In this document: in pieces, positions 1 to 13,157 of the stretch
Numbering within the stretch: position 1 is the stretch's first letter
Layout: every line of letters starts with the position of its first letter
Assembly (NCBI RefSeq): GCF_009914755.1
Contig: NC_060927.1
Direction: 5' to 3' (one strand)
DNA length: 64,000 nucleotides
Source: the human T2T-CHM13v2.0 reference genome, Homo sapiens
Notes under the pieces: model-generated
What the model was told of the DNA's origin: nothing
The model's database searches: none
What the model saw: only the letters and a program-made list of their open reading frames with translations
Position numbers and translations under genes: made by a program

Positions 1-1809
<1,809 letters not shown>

Positions 1810-1872
1810 TATGATGTTAGCTGGTTATTTTGCTCGTTAGTTGATGCAGTTTCTTCCTAGTCTCGATGGTCT

Positions 1873-2889
1873 TTACATTTTGGCATGATTTTGCAGCGGC
1901 TGGTACCCGTTGTTCCTTTCCATGTTTAGCGCTTCCTTCAGGAGCTCTTTCAGGGCAGGCCTGGTGGTGACAAAATCTCTCAGCATTTGCTTGTCTGTAA
2001 AGTATTTTATTTCTCCTTCACTTATGAAGCTTAGTTTGGCTGGATATGAAATTCTGGGTTGAACATTCTTTTCTTTAAGAATGTTGAATATTGGCCCCCA
2101 CTCTCTTCTGGCTTGTAGAGTTTCTGCCGAGAGATCCACTGTTAGTCTGATGGGCTTCCCTTTGAGGGTAACCCGACCTTTCTCTCTGGCTGCGCTTAAC
2201 ATTTTTTCCTTCATTTCAACTTTGGTGAATCTGACAATTATGTGTCTTGGAGTTGCTCTTCTCGAGGAGTATCTTTGTGGCGTTCTCTGTATTTCCTGAA
2301 TCTGAACGTTGGCCTGCCTTGCTAGATTGGGGAAGTTCTCCTGGATAATATCCTGCAGAGTGTTTTCCAACTTGGTTCCATTCTCCCCATCACTTTCAGG
2401 TACACCAATCAGACGTAGATTTGGTCTTTTCACATAGTCCCATATTTCTTGGAGGCTTTGCTCGTTTCTTTTTATTCTTTTTTCTCTAAACTTCCCTTCT
2501 CGCTTCGTTTCATTCATTTCATCTTCCATTGCTGATACCCTTTCTTCCAGTTGATCACATCGGCTCCTGAGGCTTCTGCATTCTTCACGTAGTTCTCGAG
2601 CCTTGGTTTTCAGCTCCATCAGCTCCTTTAAGCACTTCTCTATATTGGTTATTCTAGTTATACATTCTTCTAAATTTTTTTCAAAGTTTTCAACTTCTTT
2701 GCCTTTGGTTTGAATGTCCTCCCGTAGCTCAGAGTAATTTGATCGTCTGAAGCCTTCTTCTCTCAGCTCGTCAAAGTCATTCTCCGTCCAGCTTTGTTCC
2801 GTTGCTGGTGATGAACTGCGTTCCTCTGGAGGAGGAGAGGCGCTCTGCTTTTTAGAGTTTCCAGTTTTTCTGTTCTGTTTTTTCCCCAT
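1873..2889 (-). CDS. L1 ORF1p (RNA-binding chaperone), intact 338 aa
   Basis: Full-length ORF MGKKQNRK...NHAKM, with REKG, ARR and YPAKLS motifs retained. Confidence 0.93.
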   Translation of the reverse strand: MGKKQNRKTGNSKKQSASPPPEERSSSPATEQSWTENDFDELREEGFRRSNYSELREDIQTKGKEVENFEKNLEECITRITNIEKCLKELMELKTKARELREECRSLRSRCDQLEERVSAMEDEMNETKREGKFREKRIKRNEQSLQEIWDYVKRPNLRLIGVPESDGENGTKLENTLQDIIQENFPNLARQANVQIQEIQRTPQRYSSRRATPRHIIVRFTKVEMKEKMLSAAREKGRVTLKGKPIRLTVDLSAETLQARREWGPIFNILKEKNVQPRISYPAKLSFISEGEIKYFTDKQMLRDFVTTRPALKELLKEALNMERNNGYQPLQNHAKM

Positions 2890-3344
2890 CTTTGTGGTTT
2901 TATCTACTTTTGGTCTTTGATGATGATGATGTACAGATGGGTTTTTGGTGTGGGTGTCCTTTCTGTTTGTTAGTTTTCCTTCTAACAGACAGGACCCTCA
3001 GCTGCAGGTCTGTTGGAGTACCCTGCCATGTGAGGTGTCAGTGTGCCCCTGCTGGGGGGTGCCTCCCAGTTAGGCTGCTCGGTGGTCAGGGGTCAGGGAC
3101 CCACTTGAGGAGGCAGTCTGCCCATTCTCAGATCTCCAGCTGCGTACTGGGAGAACCACTGCTCTCTTCAAAGCTGTCAGACAGGGACATTTAAGTCTGC
3201 AGAGGTTACTGCTGTCTTTTTGTTTGTCTGTGCCCTGCCCCCAGAGGTGGAGCCTACAGAGGCAGGCAGGCCTCCTTGAGCTGTGGTGGGCTCCACCCAG
3301 TTCGAGCTTCCCAGCTGCTTTGTTTATCTAAGCAAGCCTGGGCA

Positions 3345-3653
3345 ATGGTGGGCGCCCCTCCTCCAGCCTCGCTGCCGCCTTGCAGTTTGATCTCAGACTG
3401 CTGTGCTAGCAATCAGTGGGACTCCGTGGGCGTAGGACCCTCCGAGCCAGGTGTGGGATATAATCTTGTGGTGCGCCATTTTTTAAGCCTGTCGGAAAAG
3501 CGCAGTATTGGGGTGGGAGTGACGCGATTTTCTTGGAGCCGTCCGTCACCCCTTTCTTTGACTAGGAAAGGGAACTCCCTGACCCCTTGCGCTTCCCGAG
3601 TGAGGCAATGCCTCGCCCTGCTTCGGCTGGCGCACGGTGGGCACACCCACTGA
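3345..3653 (+). CDS. L1 ORF0-like antisense ORF (102 aa) in the 5' UTR
   Basis: MVGAPPPASLPPCSLISDCCASNQ... matches primate ORF0. Donor-like sites CAG/GTGTGG at 3451 and GA/GTGAGG at 3600. Expression is not shown. Confidence 0.65.
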   Translation: MVGAPPPASLPPCSLISDCCASNQWDSVGVGPSEPGVGYNLVVRHFLSLSEKRSIGVGVTRFSWSRPSPLSLTRKGNSLTPCASRVRQCLALLRLAHGGHTH

Positions 3654-3862
3654 CCTGCGCCCACTGTCTGGCACTCCCTAGTGAGATGAACCCGTTACCT
3701 CAGATGGAAATGCAGAAATCACCCGTCTTCTGAGTCGCTCACGCTGGGAGCTGTAGACCGGAGCTGTTCCTATTTGGCCATCTTGGCTCCTCAAATAAGT
3801 TGTCTGTTTCTTTGAAATCTCCCAAGGGGTTTGTGAAGGTACATTTCAGAAGATTTCGAAGT

Positions 3863-3946
3863 CCTGAGCGCTTAGCCGTGCAGGAACAATGGTGAGTCTT
3901 TAGCCCGATCGGGAGCGGCAATGGACGCCTCGCTGGATCAGGAGTG
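3863..3946 (-). mobile_element. Short HERV-W/LTR17-like LTR fragment
   Basis: Minus strand CTCCTGATCCAGCGAGGCGTCCATTGCCGCTCCCGATCGGGCTAAAGACTCACCATTGTTCCTGCACGGCTAAG resembles the HERV-W LTR U5 region as I recall it. Confidence 0.7.
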
Positions 3947-4279
3947 AATAATTTTTTTATTTAAAAAAATGTTTTAGACAAAGACAGTTCACTCCACTAA
4001 AGAGGAGTTTGGTACCAGCTACTAAGTAATTCTACCTAACCCCTTTCATTATTGATGTTCAGCCAGTGTGTTATCTGAGATTCTGTGCCAGCCACTAAGA
4101 TAATCCCCACCTATCCACTGCATTACTGATGCTCAGCTGCTGTGTTGATTGGCTTATTTACCAGTACTCCTTGCGGCACACCCTTTGCCTGGCCAGGGAG
4201 GCCATCCATACAACTTACACCCTGGGTGTGACCCAGAGGACACGGCTATGGTACTAGTACAAGCAATGGAAGCCATTAA

Positions 4280-4930
4280 TTAATAAATTATGAGAATTTA
4301 CTAAAAAATGCTAAGGTAGCTCATGGAATCCGAGAAACAGGGAAACCCCAGCCCCAGGAAGGCTGGGATCAGAGCTGTGTGGAGTCCACAGCCCTGCAAG
4401 TTTGCAGTTTCTTTCTTGTTTTTGTTTGTTTGTTTGTTTTGTTGTTGTTGTTTTGAGACACTGTCTCACTTTGTCGCCCAGGCTGGAGTGCAGTGGTGCA
4501 ATCTGCACTCGCTGCAAACTCTGCCTCCCAGGTTCCAGCAATTCTTGTGCCTCAGCCTCCCAGGTAGCTGAGATTATAGGCACTCACCACCACACCTGGC
4601 TAATTTTTGTATTTTAACTAGAGACAGGGTTTCACCATGTTGGCCAGGCTGGTTTCAAACTCCTGACCTTGGGTCATCCACCTGCCTCTGCCTCTCAAAC
4701 TGCTGGGATTACAGACATGAGCCACAACACCCAGCCAAGTCTGCAGTTTCACACTACCTCTTTGTCTACAATTAATGTGACTCTGCTGGAAAGACTGCTA
4801 GTTCATATTTGTATATATTCTAAACTTCAGATTCCCACAGCAGAGTCTGATTGGGTCAGCTTGGGTGAGGCATCTGCCTGTGGACCTATGAATGATATTT
4901 AAGGGCCAAGGAAAGTGGTAGAGACATGGC
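4280..4930 (-). mobile_element. Old MaLR LTR (MLT1J/K-like) interrupted by an Alu
   Basis: Motif gagtctgattgggtcagcttgggtgagg is typical of old MLT1 LTRs. Boundaries and strand are approximate. Confidence 0.5.
4412..4736 (-). mobile_element. AluS (Sx/Sz-like)
   Basis: Dimeric Alu. TSD AAGT(T/C)TGCAGTTTC at 4398-4411 and 4737-4750. Confidence 0.92.
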
Positions 4931-5353
4931 CATTTCCACAGGTGGGGTCGTGGTAGGTGACCAGGGGAGTGGGCAGGTGTATTGGACTGGGAAGCCAGCT
5001 TGGGAAGACGTGCTTCAGCTGTTCATTCATAGTCTGTGTCACACTCACAGGAGGTGGACCCTCCATTCTGAGATCACCATCCTGAGTGGCCCAACCCTTA
5101 ACCCTATGTGACATTGGTGGTGTTGGTTTTTAAAGAGTATAAGCTGTAGGCTCTAATGAAATTCTAAGCCTTGTTTTGAGGTTTGAAACTTAAGAAGTAT
5201 TTCAACCTTTCTGCCACTGCCATAGTGGGCCAGGGCACAGCGTCTTAGGTTGTATTTCATGGCACTTGTCCTCTTTGTCCTGTTTGCTGGCTCCCCTCTG
5301 GAAATACTCCCTCCTGCTTGTCAAACAGAATCTTTACACTTGCCCTGAGTCCC

Positions 5354-5679
<326 letters not shown>

Positions 5680-6226
5680 CCAGAGTCCTTTTTCTTTTGT
5701 AACCGTTTGATGTAGGCAGCCATGCCACTTGTATTCTTCACTGTCTTTTTTTTTTTTTTTTTTTTTTCCCCTCAGCGCTAGCACAATATTTTACAAGGAA
5801 ATTTGGGAATTAATGCCACAGTTAGCTTAAGCTATATAGATAATTAGGGTTTATAGTTCGAAAAATTGTCCAAACTGAACCTAGATACCTATTTCTTACG
5901 AATTTTTTTATTGCTGTGGATTCTTTTAAAATTTAGTGTCAAGTTGTATAGTTAAAGTTAGTTGTTTAAATAAAGTTTGTTTTTGTTTTTAGTGGTAGGG
6001 TTTGGGATTTGGGTGGAAAAAAAATAGAAAAAGATGCAGATTCTCAATTAATAAAGCCTGTTATTCTAACCTTAGCCTTTCAGACTTTGCAACTGTCATA
6101 CTTCTGCCACCTACTGCAGAATGCTCTGATTGATGCTTGAACATTACGAGGTGTAAATAATAATTATTGGAGGCATTTATCAATTATTTTCTATGTGATA
6201 AGCACCCTATTGAGCGCTTTGCAGGC

Positions 6227-6671
6227 TGCATTAATTTCTGTGGGCTGCCATAACAAATTACCAGAAACTTGGTGGTTTAAAACAACATAATTTTTTTTCT
6301 CTCACAGTTATGAAGACCAGAAATCTAAAATAAAGGTGTTGGCAAGACCATGTCCTCTCTGCAGCCTCTTGGGAAGAATCCTTCCTTGCCTCCTCCTCTT
6401 CTGGTGGTTCTCATTATTCCTTGGCTTATGGCAGGTAAGTCCCATCTCTGCCTCCATCTGCATATGGTCGTCTCTGTATCTCTCTGTGTCCTCTCCTTTT
6501 CTTATAAGGACATCAGCCACTGGATTTAGCATCCTCCTTAACCAGTGAGATCTCATCTTTATAGTTAACTAATTACATTTGCAAAGACCTTCTTTCCAAA
6601 TAAGATCACATTCTGAGGTTCTCAGTGAACATGAATCTTGTTGGGGGGCAGGTATTCAATCCACTCTCACA
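6227..6671 (-). mobile_element. MaLR solo LTR (MLT1B/C-like) inserted in a MIR
   Basis: gggctgccataacaaattaccagaaacttggtggtttaaaacaac is the MLT1 3' end reversed. MIR-like sequence lies on both sides (about 6170-6222 and 6680-6830). Confidence 0.8.
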
Positions 6672-6969
6672 TCGGGATTAGTAGATATAGTTATTTCCAT
6701 TTCATCAATGGGAAAGGTGAGACCCAGGAGGAGATGAACTTGCCCTGCCACTGAACTGAACACTGAAAGAGTTTGGTTGAGGACTTAGCTCAGTCTGATG
6801 CCAGCTTTATTCTCTTTCTGCTGTGTCATGCTGCTTCTAGAAAACCAAACTGCAAACTCAAGTCTAGAAAGTAATGACATCAACATTTATCCATCCATTG
6901 GCTTCCAGACCATACCACTTGGAGGCAAAAGATCAGGAGTAAGTAGATAAATTCTCGTAGAATATGAGA

Positions 6970-7135
6970 ATTTTGAGCTCCTACTAGGTGCCAAATTTTT
7001 ATATGTCCCTTAAATAGCCACAATACCTTATGAAGTGACTATTTGAGGTCACTTCATTCAGGGATGGGATTGAGACTCAAAGATTTTGACTTGCCCAAGG
7101 TCACATAGCTAGTGGGTTACCGAACTCAAATTTTG
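6970..7135 (-). mobile_element. MIR
   Basis: Core gagactcaaag...gacttgcccaaggtcacatagctagt. Confidence 0.7.
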
Positions 7136-7878
7136 TTTCAGATATTGTGTTGCATTTAAGTTCATGATGAGCTCATCAGTGGAAGTGATTATGCCATGTA
7201 TTGCAATATTAGGTACTCCATCAGGACCTAACTATCCAACCATCACACAATGGTGAGAGGGCCAGGATCATTCTCCTGTAGGGTCCTAGTTCTAACTAGT
7301 GAGGTGACCTTAGACAAGTCAATTTTCTGGGCCTTTGTAATAGGAAGAGCTAGCACTGGACAATGCCTTCATTGCTGATGTTTTGTAAGCATATTGTATA
7401 GTTATAGGAAAGTGCCCTTGCCCATATATGTTAATATTTGCTGGAGTGTGGCCAGGGTAATACAAAGTATGTTCTCACTACTGACTTTTCACCCCCAAGT
7501 TAATAGTTAACTTTGCCTCCTTGTTTAACTATGCTGTCTGTTGGCTTTGGTCAGAAAGAAAAATTCTGAAACACCTAGTGGAACGGTGCTAACATTTGTC
7601 TTTCTTCACCTTTACTTGATGTGGTTTATTTCTATTAAGTTAGGTCAGGATAGCTTTTCAAAAACATGATATTTCAAAAACATAGTTTAGTGTAACACAA
7701 TTTACCATATAAATCTCTGAACAGATAAATGTTCAAAATAGAAGTATTTTCTTTATATGTTCATGGTATTTTTAAAGGTTAGAGTCATCTATTGCAGCAA
7801 TTTGGAAAATCCTTCTTTACAGGCTGCTCAGTAAAGGAAAGGTCTATGGCCGCACTGTGAGGTGGGAACAGTAGGAAC

Positions 7879-8037
7879 TTTTTTTTTTTCCAGACAGGGT
7901 CTTATTCTGTCACCCAGGCTGGAATGCGGGGACCACATCTTGGCTCAATGCAACCTCTAACTCCCAGGTTCAAGCGATTCTCCTGCCTGAGCCTCTCAAA
8001 GTGCTGGGATTACAGGCATGAGCCACTGCATCCAGCC
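7879..8037 (-). mobile_element. Monomeric Alu (left-arm 5' end fused to right-arm 3' part)
   Basis: About 160 bp with poly(T). TSD aacagt(ag/gt)gaactt at 7867 and 8038. Confidence 0.88.
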
Positions 8038-8069
8038 AACAGTGTGAACTTTGGGGTCATGCAAACCTT

Positions 8070-8240
8070 TGATCAATTTGAGTTCTGTAACCCACTAGCC
8101 ATGTGACCTTGGGCAAGTCACAATCTCTGAGTCTCAATCTCATCCCTGAATGCACCTCAGAAAGTCACTTCATAAATTATTGTGTCTATAAAACGGACAT
8201 ATAAAAATTTGGCACCTAGTAGGGGCTCAATTAATCCACT
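8070..8240 (+). mobile_element. MIR
   Basis: tgtgaccttgggcaagtcac core and ggcacctagtaggggctcaatta end. Confidence 0.7.
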
Positions 8241-9138
8241 CCTCCTCCTCCCTCCTTTAGTCTGTTGTTTTGTGGAGTAAAAATCCACCATTTTGCAAAT
8301 GTGGTTAGGACCACACGATGTAATTCCCTTCTCTTCCAAGTCTACTGGTGAAGTGGAAAAGGTGAATCTATTTGTCTCATTTTGATTAGGCCTCAGGGAA
8401 GGCCTAATTCTGGAAGAAACTCAAGCAGCATGGAATGTTTTCTCGCCATTCAGAAACAGTGCCTACGTTCATACATGTAAATTGGATCTGCCATTCTGTC
8501 TCACCACTGGATTTTACCTCGGGTGCCCTGAAATGAAAGGAAGTTTTGAAGGAGCACCGTGAAACTGTCAGTGAGCTCACTTGATAAATCATTGTTGGAA
8601 CTGGAGGGATTTTTGCTGTGGAGGTAACAAGGGGCCACAGCCTGCTTTGGTGCCCAGCCCAGAAAAGTATAGCTGAGACTTGGGCCTGCTTCTGGTTGCA
8701 AATTGTTTACTGCTCAGCACTGTGGGCACATTTCCTTTTGGCTCTGCACAGAAACGACAGATGCCCATGGTCATGCATCAGGACTTGGCCTGTCAGAGAA
8801 GCTTGTTTAGAAGAGATTTAGACTATGGAGGGAAAATCATCATGAGGGTGAAAAGGGTTGGGTAAGATTGCTGTGCGCAGAACCCCGGACAATGAAGGCA
8901 GGGGCAAGAGAATGGGCTGGGTCACCTTGGCAGGCCTCTCCAGTCCCAGCAGCAAACAGGTAATGAGCCTTTGTATGCTGCTTTTGTGTGCTAGCCCCTG
9001 TGCTCCCAGCTGGAGGAATGAGGGTAAATGAGAAACAGCTCCTGCCTCCGAGGTCAGAATTTAGTGCAGAAGACAGCCTATTAGCCATCTCGTGCAACAA
9101 GGCAGAACAGAGGCCTCTGCTCCACATGGAAGGAAGAG

Positions 9139-9360
9139 GGCACAGTTAAGGACAGGGCCTCTGCAGTCCCACAGCCTGGATTCAAACCCTACCTGAGCTG
9201 CTACCTAGCTGTGTGACCTTGGGCAAGGTGCCTGACCTCACTGAACCTCAGAGGCCTCACCTGTGAAATGAGGACTATAATAATACCAAACTCCTGGGGT
9301 TGTCAGAGGATGGAAAGAGCATTTTCAGAGTACCTGGCACATTGGAGGCACTTTGCTGTT
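9139..9360 (+). mobile_element. MIR
   Basis: ggattcaaaccc...tgtgaccttgggcaag...tgtgaaatgagg core. Confidence 0.8.
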
Positions 9361-11049
9361 AAAATATAACCCTCATGAAATCTGTTTTCAGTATGAGCTG
9401 AGACAGAGACCACATTTTGCAAACTGAAAACCAAGGCATCTGAATATGCCAGCAGAGCTCTCCTGATTTATACACATGTATTTGTGAAGTCTTACAGAGC
9501 GTGGAAACATTAAAGCACGTTTGGGTTTAACAGGAGAATCCAAGTATTTGACATTAGCACCTTGTCTGCCTTTTGCCACTGGTTCTTTCCAGCAGAGTCT
9601 TATGGGGCTCTTTCAAATGCTGGGGAGGCCTGGAAGCATCCCCAGGTCTTCAGCAAACTTCCTTAGGTAAAATCAGAGCAATGTAGGAAAGACTGGCTCT
9701 GTGATAAATCCAGGAGACCAAACGAAAAGACCCAGTGATGCAGAGAGAGCCAGTATGGGTAGAAACAGGTGCTTTCCAGGATAGCTCTCCTGTCTTCCCC
9801 ACAGGTCTGCTTTCTGTTTCTAATAGTCCTGTTTCCATTCTATCCATCCTGACCCCACGCTGCCATGGAACACATCCTGAGCACATATATGTGTACATAT
9901 GTTTATAAGCATTCACATGTGCCCATGGGTGTGCACACACACATATGTCAGGGCTATCTCTCTAAGCTCTCCTGGCTCTGAGGAAATAGTCTTGTTTCTA
10001 ACTGGATCTAGGCAGGCCCCTAATAGTACATCCACTCAGGCCATAAGGCCTGTGAGCCAGGCTGTGTCTCCCACATACCACAGGTCTATTTCCTGCCCTC
10101 ATTCTGACCTTCTCAGCAAGTCCTCGTTTCCAGCCCAATGCCCTCCTCCCTGACTTGGAGACAGAATTTGGCCCTCAGGGCTCCATGGGACACAGCCTGC
10201 AGTCATCCTATGGCTCCACACTGAAACCCAATCAAACTAGTTCCAGCCACTGGAACCCACCCAATGTAGATGGCCAGGCAGGCCTGAGCACCTGTGCAGG
10301 TGAGGAGGCATCACTCTGCCCCTCTGTAGCTGCAGCCTCTCTGTGATCCCCAGAGCCAACAATTTTTCCTCAACTCAGTTATGAATAGCACTTTCCCTCT
10401 CCAGGGAAGCATCATGGTGGCATACGATGAGAAAAGAATGGCCCTTGCATCGGAAGACTGTTCTAGTGTGGTGACATCTTGGGGAGATGCTGTAAAGATT
10501 CTGGGCCTTGATGTCTCCCTCCCACATTTTAAGTATCCCGTAAAGTTTTATAGACGGAAACACTCTGTAAATTTTTAAGGGAAACTATTCTTTCTTGCCC
10601 TTTCTGTTCCTACCTGCTCCCTTTCCACACTTGCCCCTCACACCCTTCCCCTTCATATTTCATATCAGAAGCAATATTTTTATTAATTCTCAATTCCTCC
10701 AACCACCTATTTCTGGATAATGATTCTGTTATAATAGATTTATATAAGCAATTAAAGACTGGGAGTGTGAGGACTGAGTTTTTCAAGAACAGGACTGTGT
10801 GCCAACTTCCCAGCCCCTAGCGCAGTGCCTGGTTGAGTGAATGAATGAACAAAGGAATGCATGCCATGACGAGTTTGCTACTTAGCATGAAAGGCTGCTT
10901 TATGCTAGCCAGACCAAAGATGCCATCTGGTAATGTGGAGTTCACTGCGGCATCCCATGAAGATTAGCTGCACAGCAAAGACTGACAGAGACACGAGATG
11001 GTGTCCACAGAAATGTCTCTGCTTCTGCACTGCCCTATTCCTACTTGGG

Positions 11050-11370
11050 ACTCTTCCCAGAGTCCTCGTCTTGGCACGTGGCACTCCAGTCAGAACATAG
11101 AAGTTATCTTCAACATCATTCTCCCTTACTCACATTGTTTAGCCTTAGGGATCCCACATACCAAAACTTCTGTCTCTCTCTCTCTCTCTCTCTCCTGCTA
11201 CCACCCCATATTTTTAGCCATTATTACCTCTTGCCTTTATTACTGTACAATACTAGATCCCTAATCTCTCCCCTAATTTGTTTAGCTAGAGTTATCATTT
11301 TCTAGCAAAAATCAGGTCATTTCCCTGCTTAAAACCCTTCCATGGCTTCAGGCTACATTTAGAATAAAAT
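11050..11370 (+). mobile_element. L2 fragment
   Basis: ccctgcttaaaacccttccatggctt is L2-like. L2 TGAA-repeat tails occur near 10830-10850 and 12020-12060. Confidence 0.5.
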
Positions 11371-11451
11371 AGGACTCAAAATAAAATTTTGTATAGTAGT
11401 TATACAATGTGTAACTCTAACTTATACATTGCACAAAATAACTTAGCACAA

Positions 11452-11886
11452 TGTATAAGTAGGAGTAATGCTAGCTGCTGTAACAAATGGAACACAAAAC
11501 ATATAATGGTTGAAACCCAGTAGAAGGCTATTTCTCTGGACATAACAGTCCAAGATGAGCGGTCCTAGTTAGCAATGGTTTTAAACCGTGATTTAGGAAC
11601 CAAAGTTTCTTCTGTCTAGCAACTTTACTATTGTTGAGAGCCTCAAAGACATCTGCTTCTAGCTGGGAGAATGGAAAAGAGAGCTCTGGGGAGGTAAATC
11701 TATCTCTTAAAGGTCCCAGCCTAAAAATGACATGTATCATTTTGATTTGTTGGCAAGAAGTGGCCACATCAAAATGTGAGGATGATGGGAATGTAGTTCC
11801 TGATTGATCAGCCACTTCCCAGGAGCAACTGTGTATTCTGAAAGGGACAGCATAATTTTCAGTGGGAAGGAGTCATCTCTATAACA
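11452..11886 (-). mobile_element. Old MaLR LTR (MLT1K/L-like)
   Basis: Terminus taatgctagctgctgtaacaaa and internal ttggcaagaagtggccacat. Subfamily uncertain. Confidence 0.6.
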
Positions 11887-12114
11887 CATGGCACACAAGG
11901 CCATATATGACATGCCCGACATTTTCTACTTCATTTGAGTCTGCCAGCATACCTTTCACTCTCAGTGGGCCACTGTCTTTCTTTCTCACTTGACCCACTC
12001 TCCAGCTCCCTTTCAGTGCCATAAATATTTGTTGAATGAATGGATCTATGAATGAATGAATATCTTATTTTTAATATTTATGAAATTAAATTAAGGTTAG
12101 GAGACAGAGTAATC

Positions 12115-12310
12115 TTGTATTTATTGAGCATTTATTATATGCCATTGCTTGGCTAAAATCTTCACATACATTATATAATTTAATCCTCAGACTAACTTTT
12201 CAAGATAAGTATCTTTACTTCCACTGTTCTCTGTGAGGGATCTGAAGCTCATGATTCCTAAGCATTTTGCCACAAATCAAATAGCCAGAACTTGGTGAAG
12301 GTGGAATTCA
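12115..12310 (-). mobile_element. MIR
   Basis: atttattgagcatttattatatgcca...atttaatcctca. Confidence 0.65.
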
Positions 12311-13048
12311 TGCTCCCAAAGGTCAAGGCTCACTGGGATTTTTACAGTGTCGTTAAAGGAAATTCCACCAGTAGGAAGGACAGATCAAGCAAACTGCATT
12401 AGGACAAGAGTTCTTCACCTACTCTTGTCCTCTCATTTATATTTTCTTTTTATCTGTGCAGGCAGGTGCTGTGGAATGAGTGTTTTCTGTTTTCTTCTCT
12501 TTATTTAAATATGTTTTGGTAACAGTTAAGTACTTCTATAAGCCTACCCACTTCACCCACAAAAATTCTCTCATCCATACCTTCCATGTTTCTGGAAAGT
12601 TAAATTCTAATAGTGCCTTTTCCTATGAAGCGAGTCCATTCAGAAGAGCAAGTGATAAACAAGCACAGACTTAGCCATTGGTACCTGAGGGCTGCAAGGC
12701 CAAGCAAATCCATTCTCCATCAGGATTTCCTGGGGTCAGAGGTCAGAGCACAAAGAGGTTCCAGCTGAGGGGCAGGAAAATAGTACTGAACCCAAAAAGG
12801 GAGAAAGAAGGACCTGCTCCATAAAAGCAATGTAAAATAAGGCTCCACTTTGGAAACCTCTGTAAGCCGTTCACCATCCTGTCCCCCAGCTTATTCTTGT
12901 TTCCCTTTAGCCCCAACACCAACACTTTGGTGTCAATTACAGAATTCATTTTGAGGCTACAAGTGAAGGGAAGGGGATAGGGGATGAGAAGGTGATTCAA
13001 CACATACATTCAATCAATGGTAAGACCAGATCACAGCCCTGTCCCTGC

Positions 13049-13157
13049 TAGAGTAGCCAAATGTTCGTTTACCTGAGACTGAAGAGCTACCCTGGTTGCA
13101 GGACTTTCAGTGCTAAAATCTGCAAAGTCCTGGGAGAATGATGACTTGGTCACCCTA
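13049..13157 (-). mobile_element. MER81 (hAT-Blackjack MITE)
   Basis: Degenerate TIRs tagagtagccaa and ttggtcacccta, internal ggactttcagtgctaaaa, and 8-bp TSD gtccctgc/atccctgc. Confidence 0.8.

Noticed and set aside
2117-3478. Shared CpG transitions between the two L1s (LTVDLS, ORF0 MV and RH) as evidence of conversion
   Set aside because: CpG decay recurs independently, so these sites were left out of the count.
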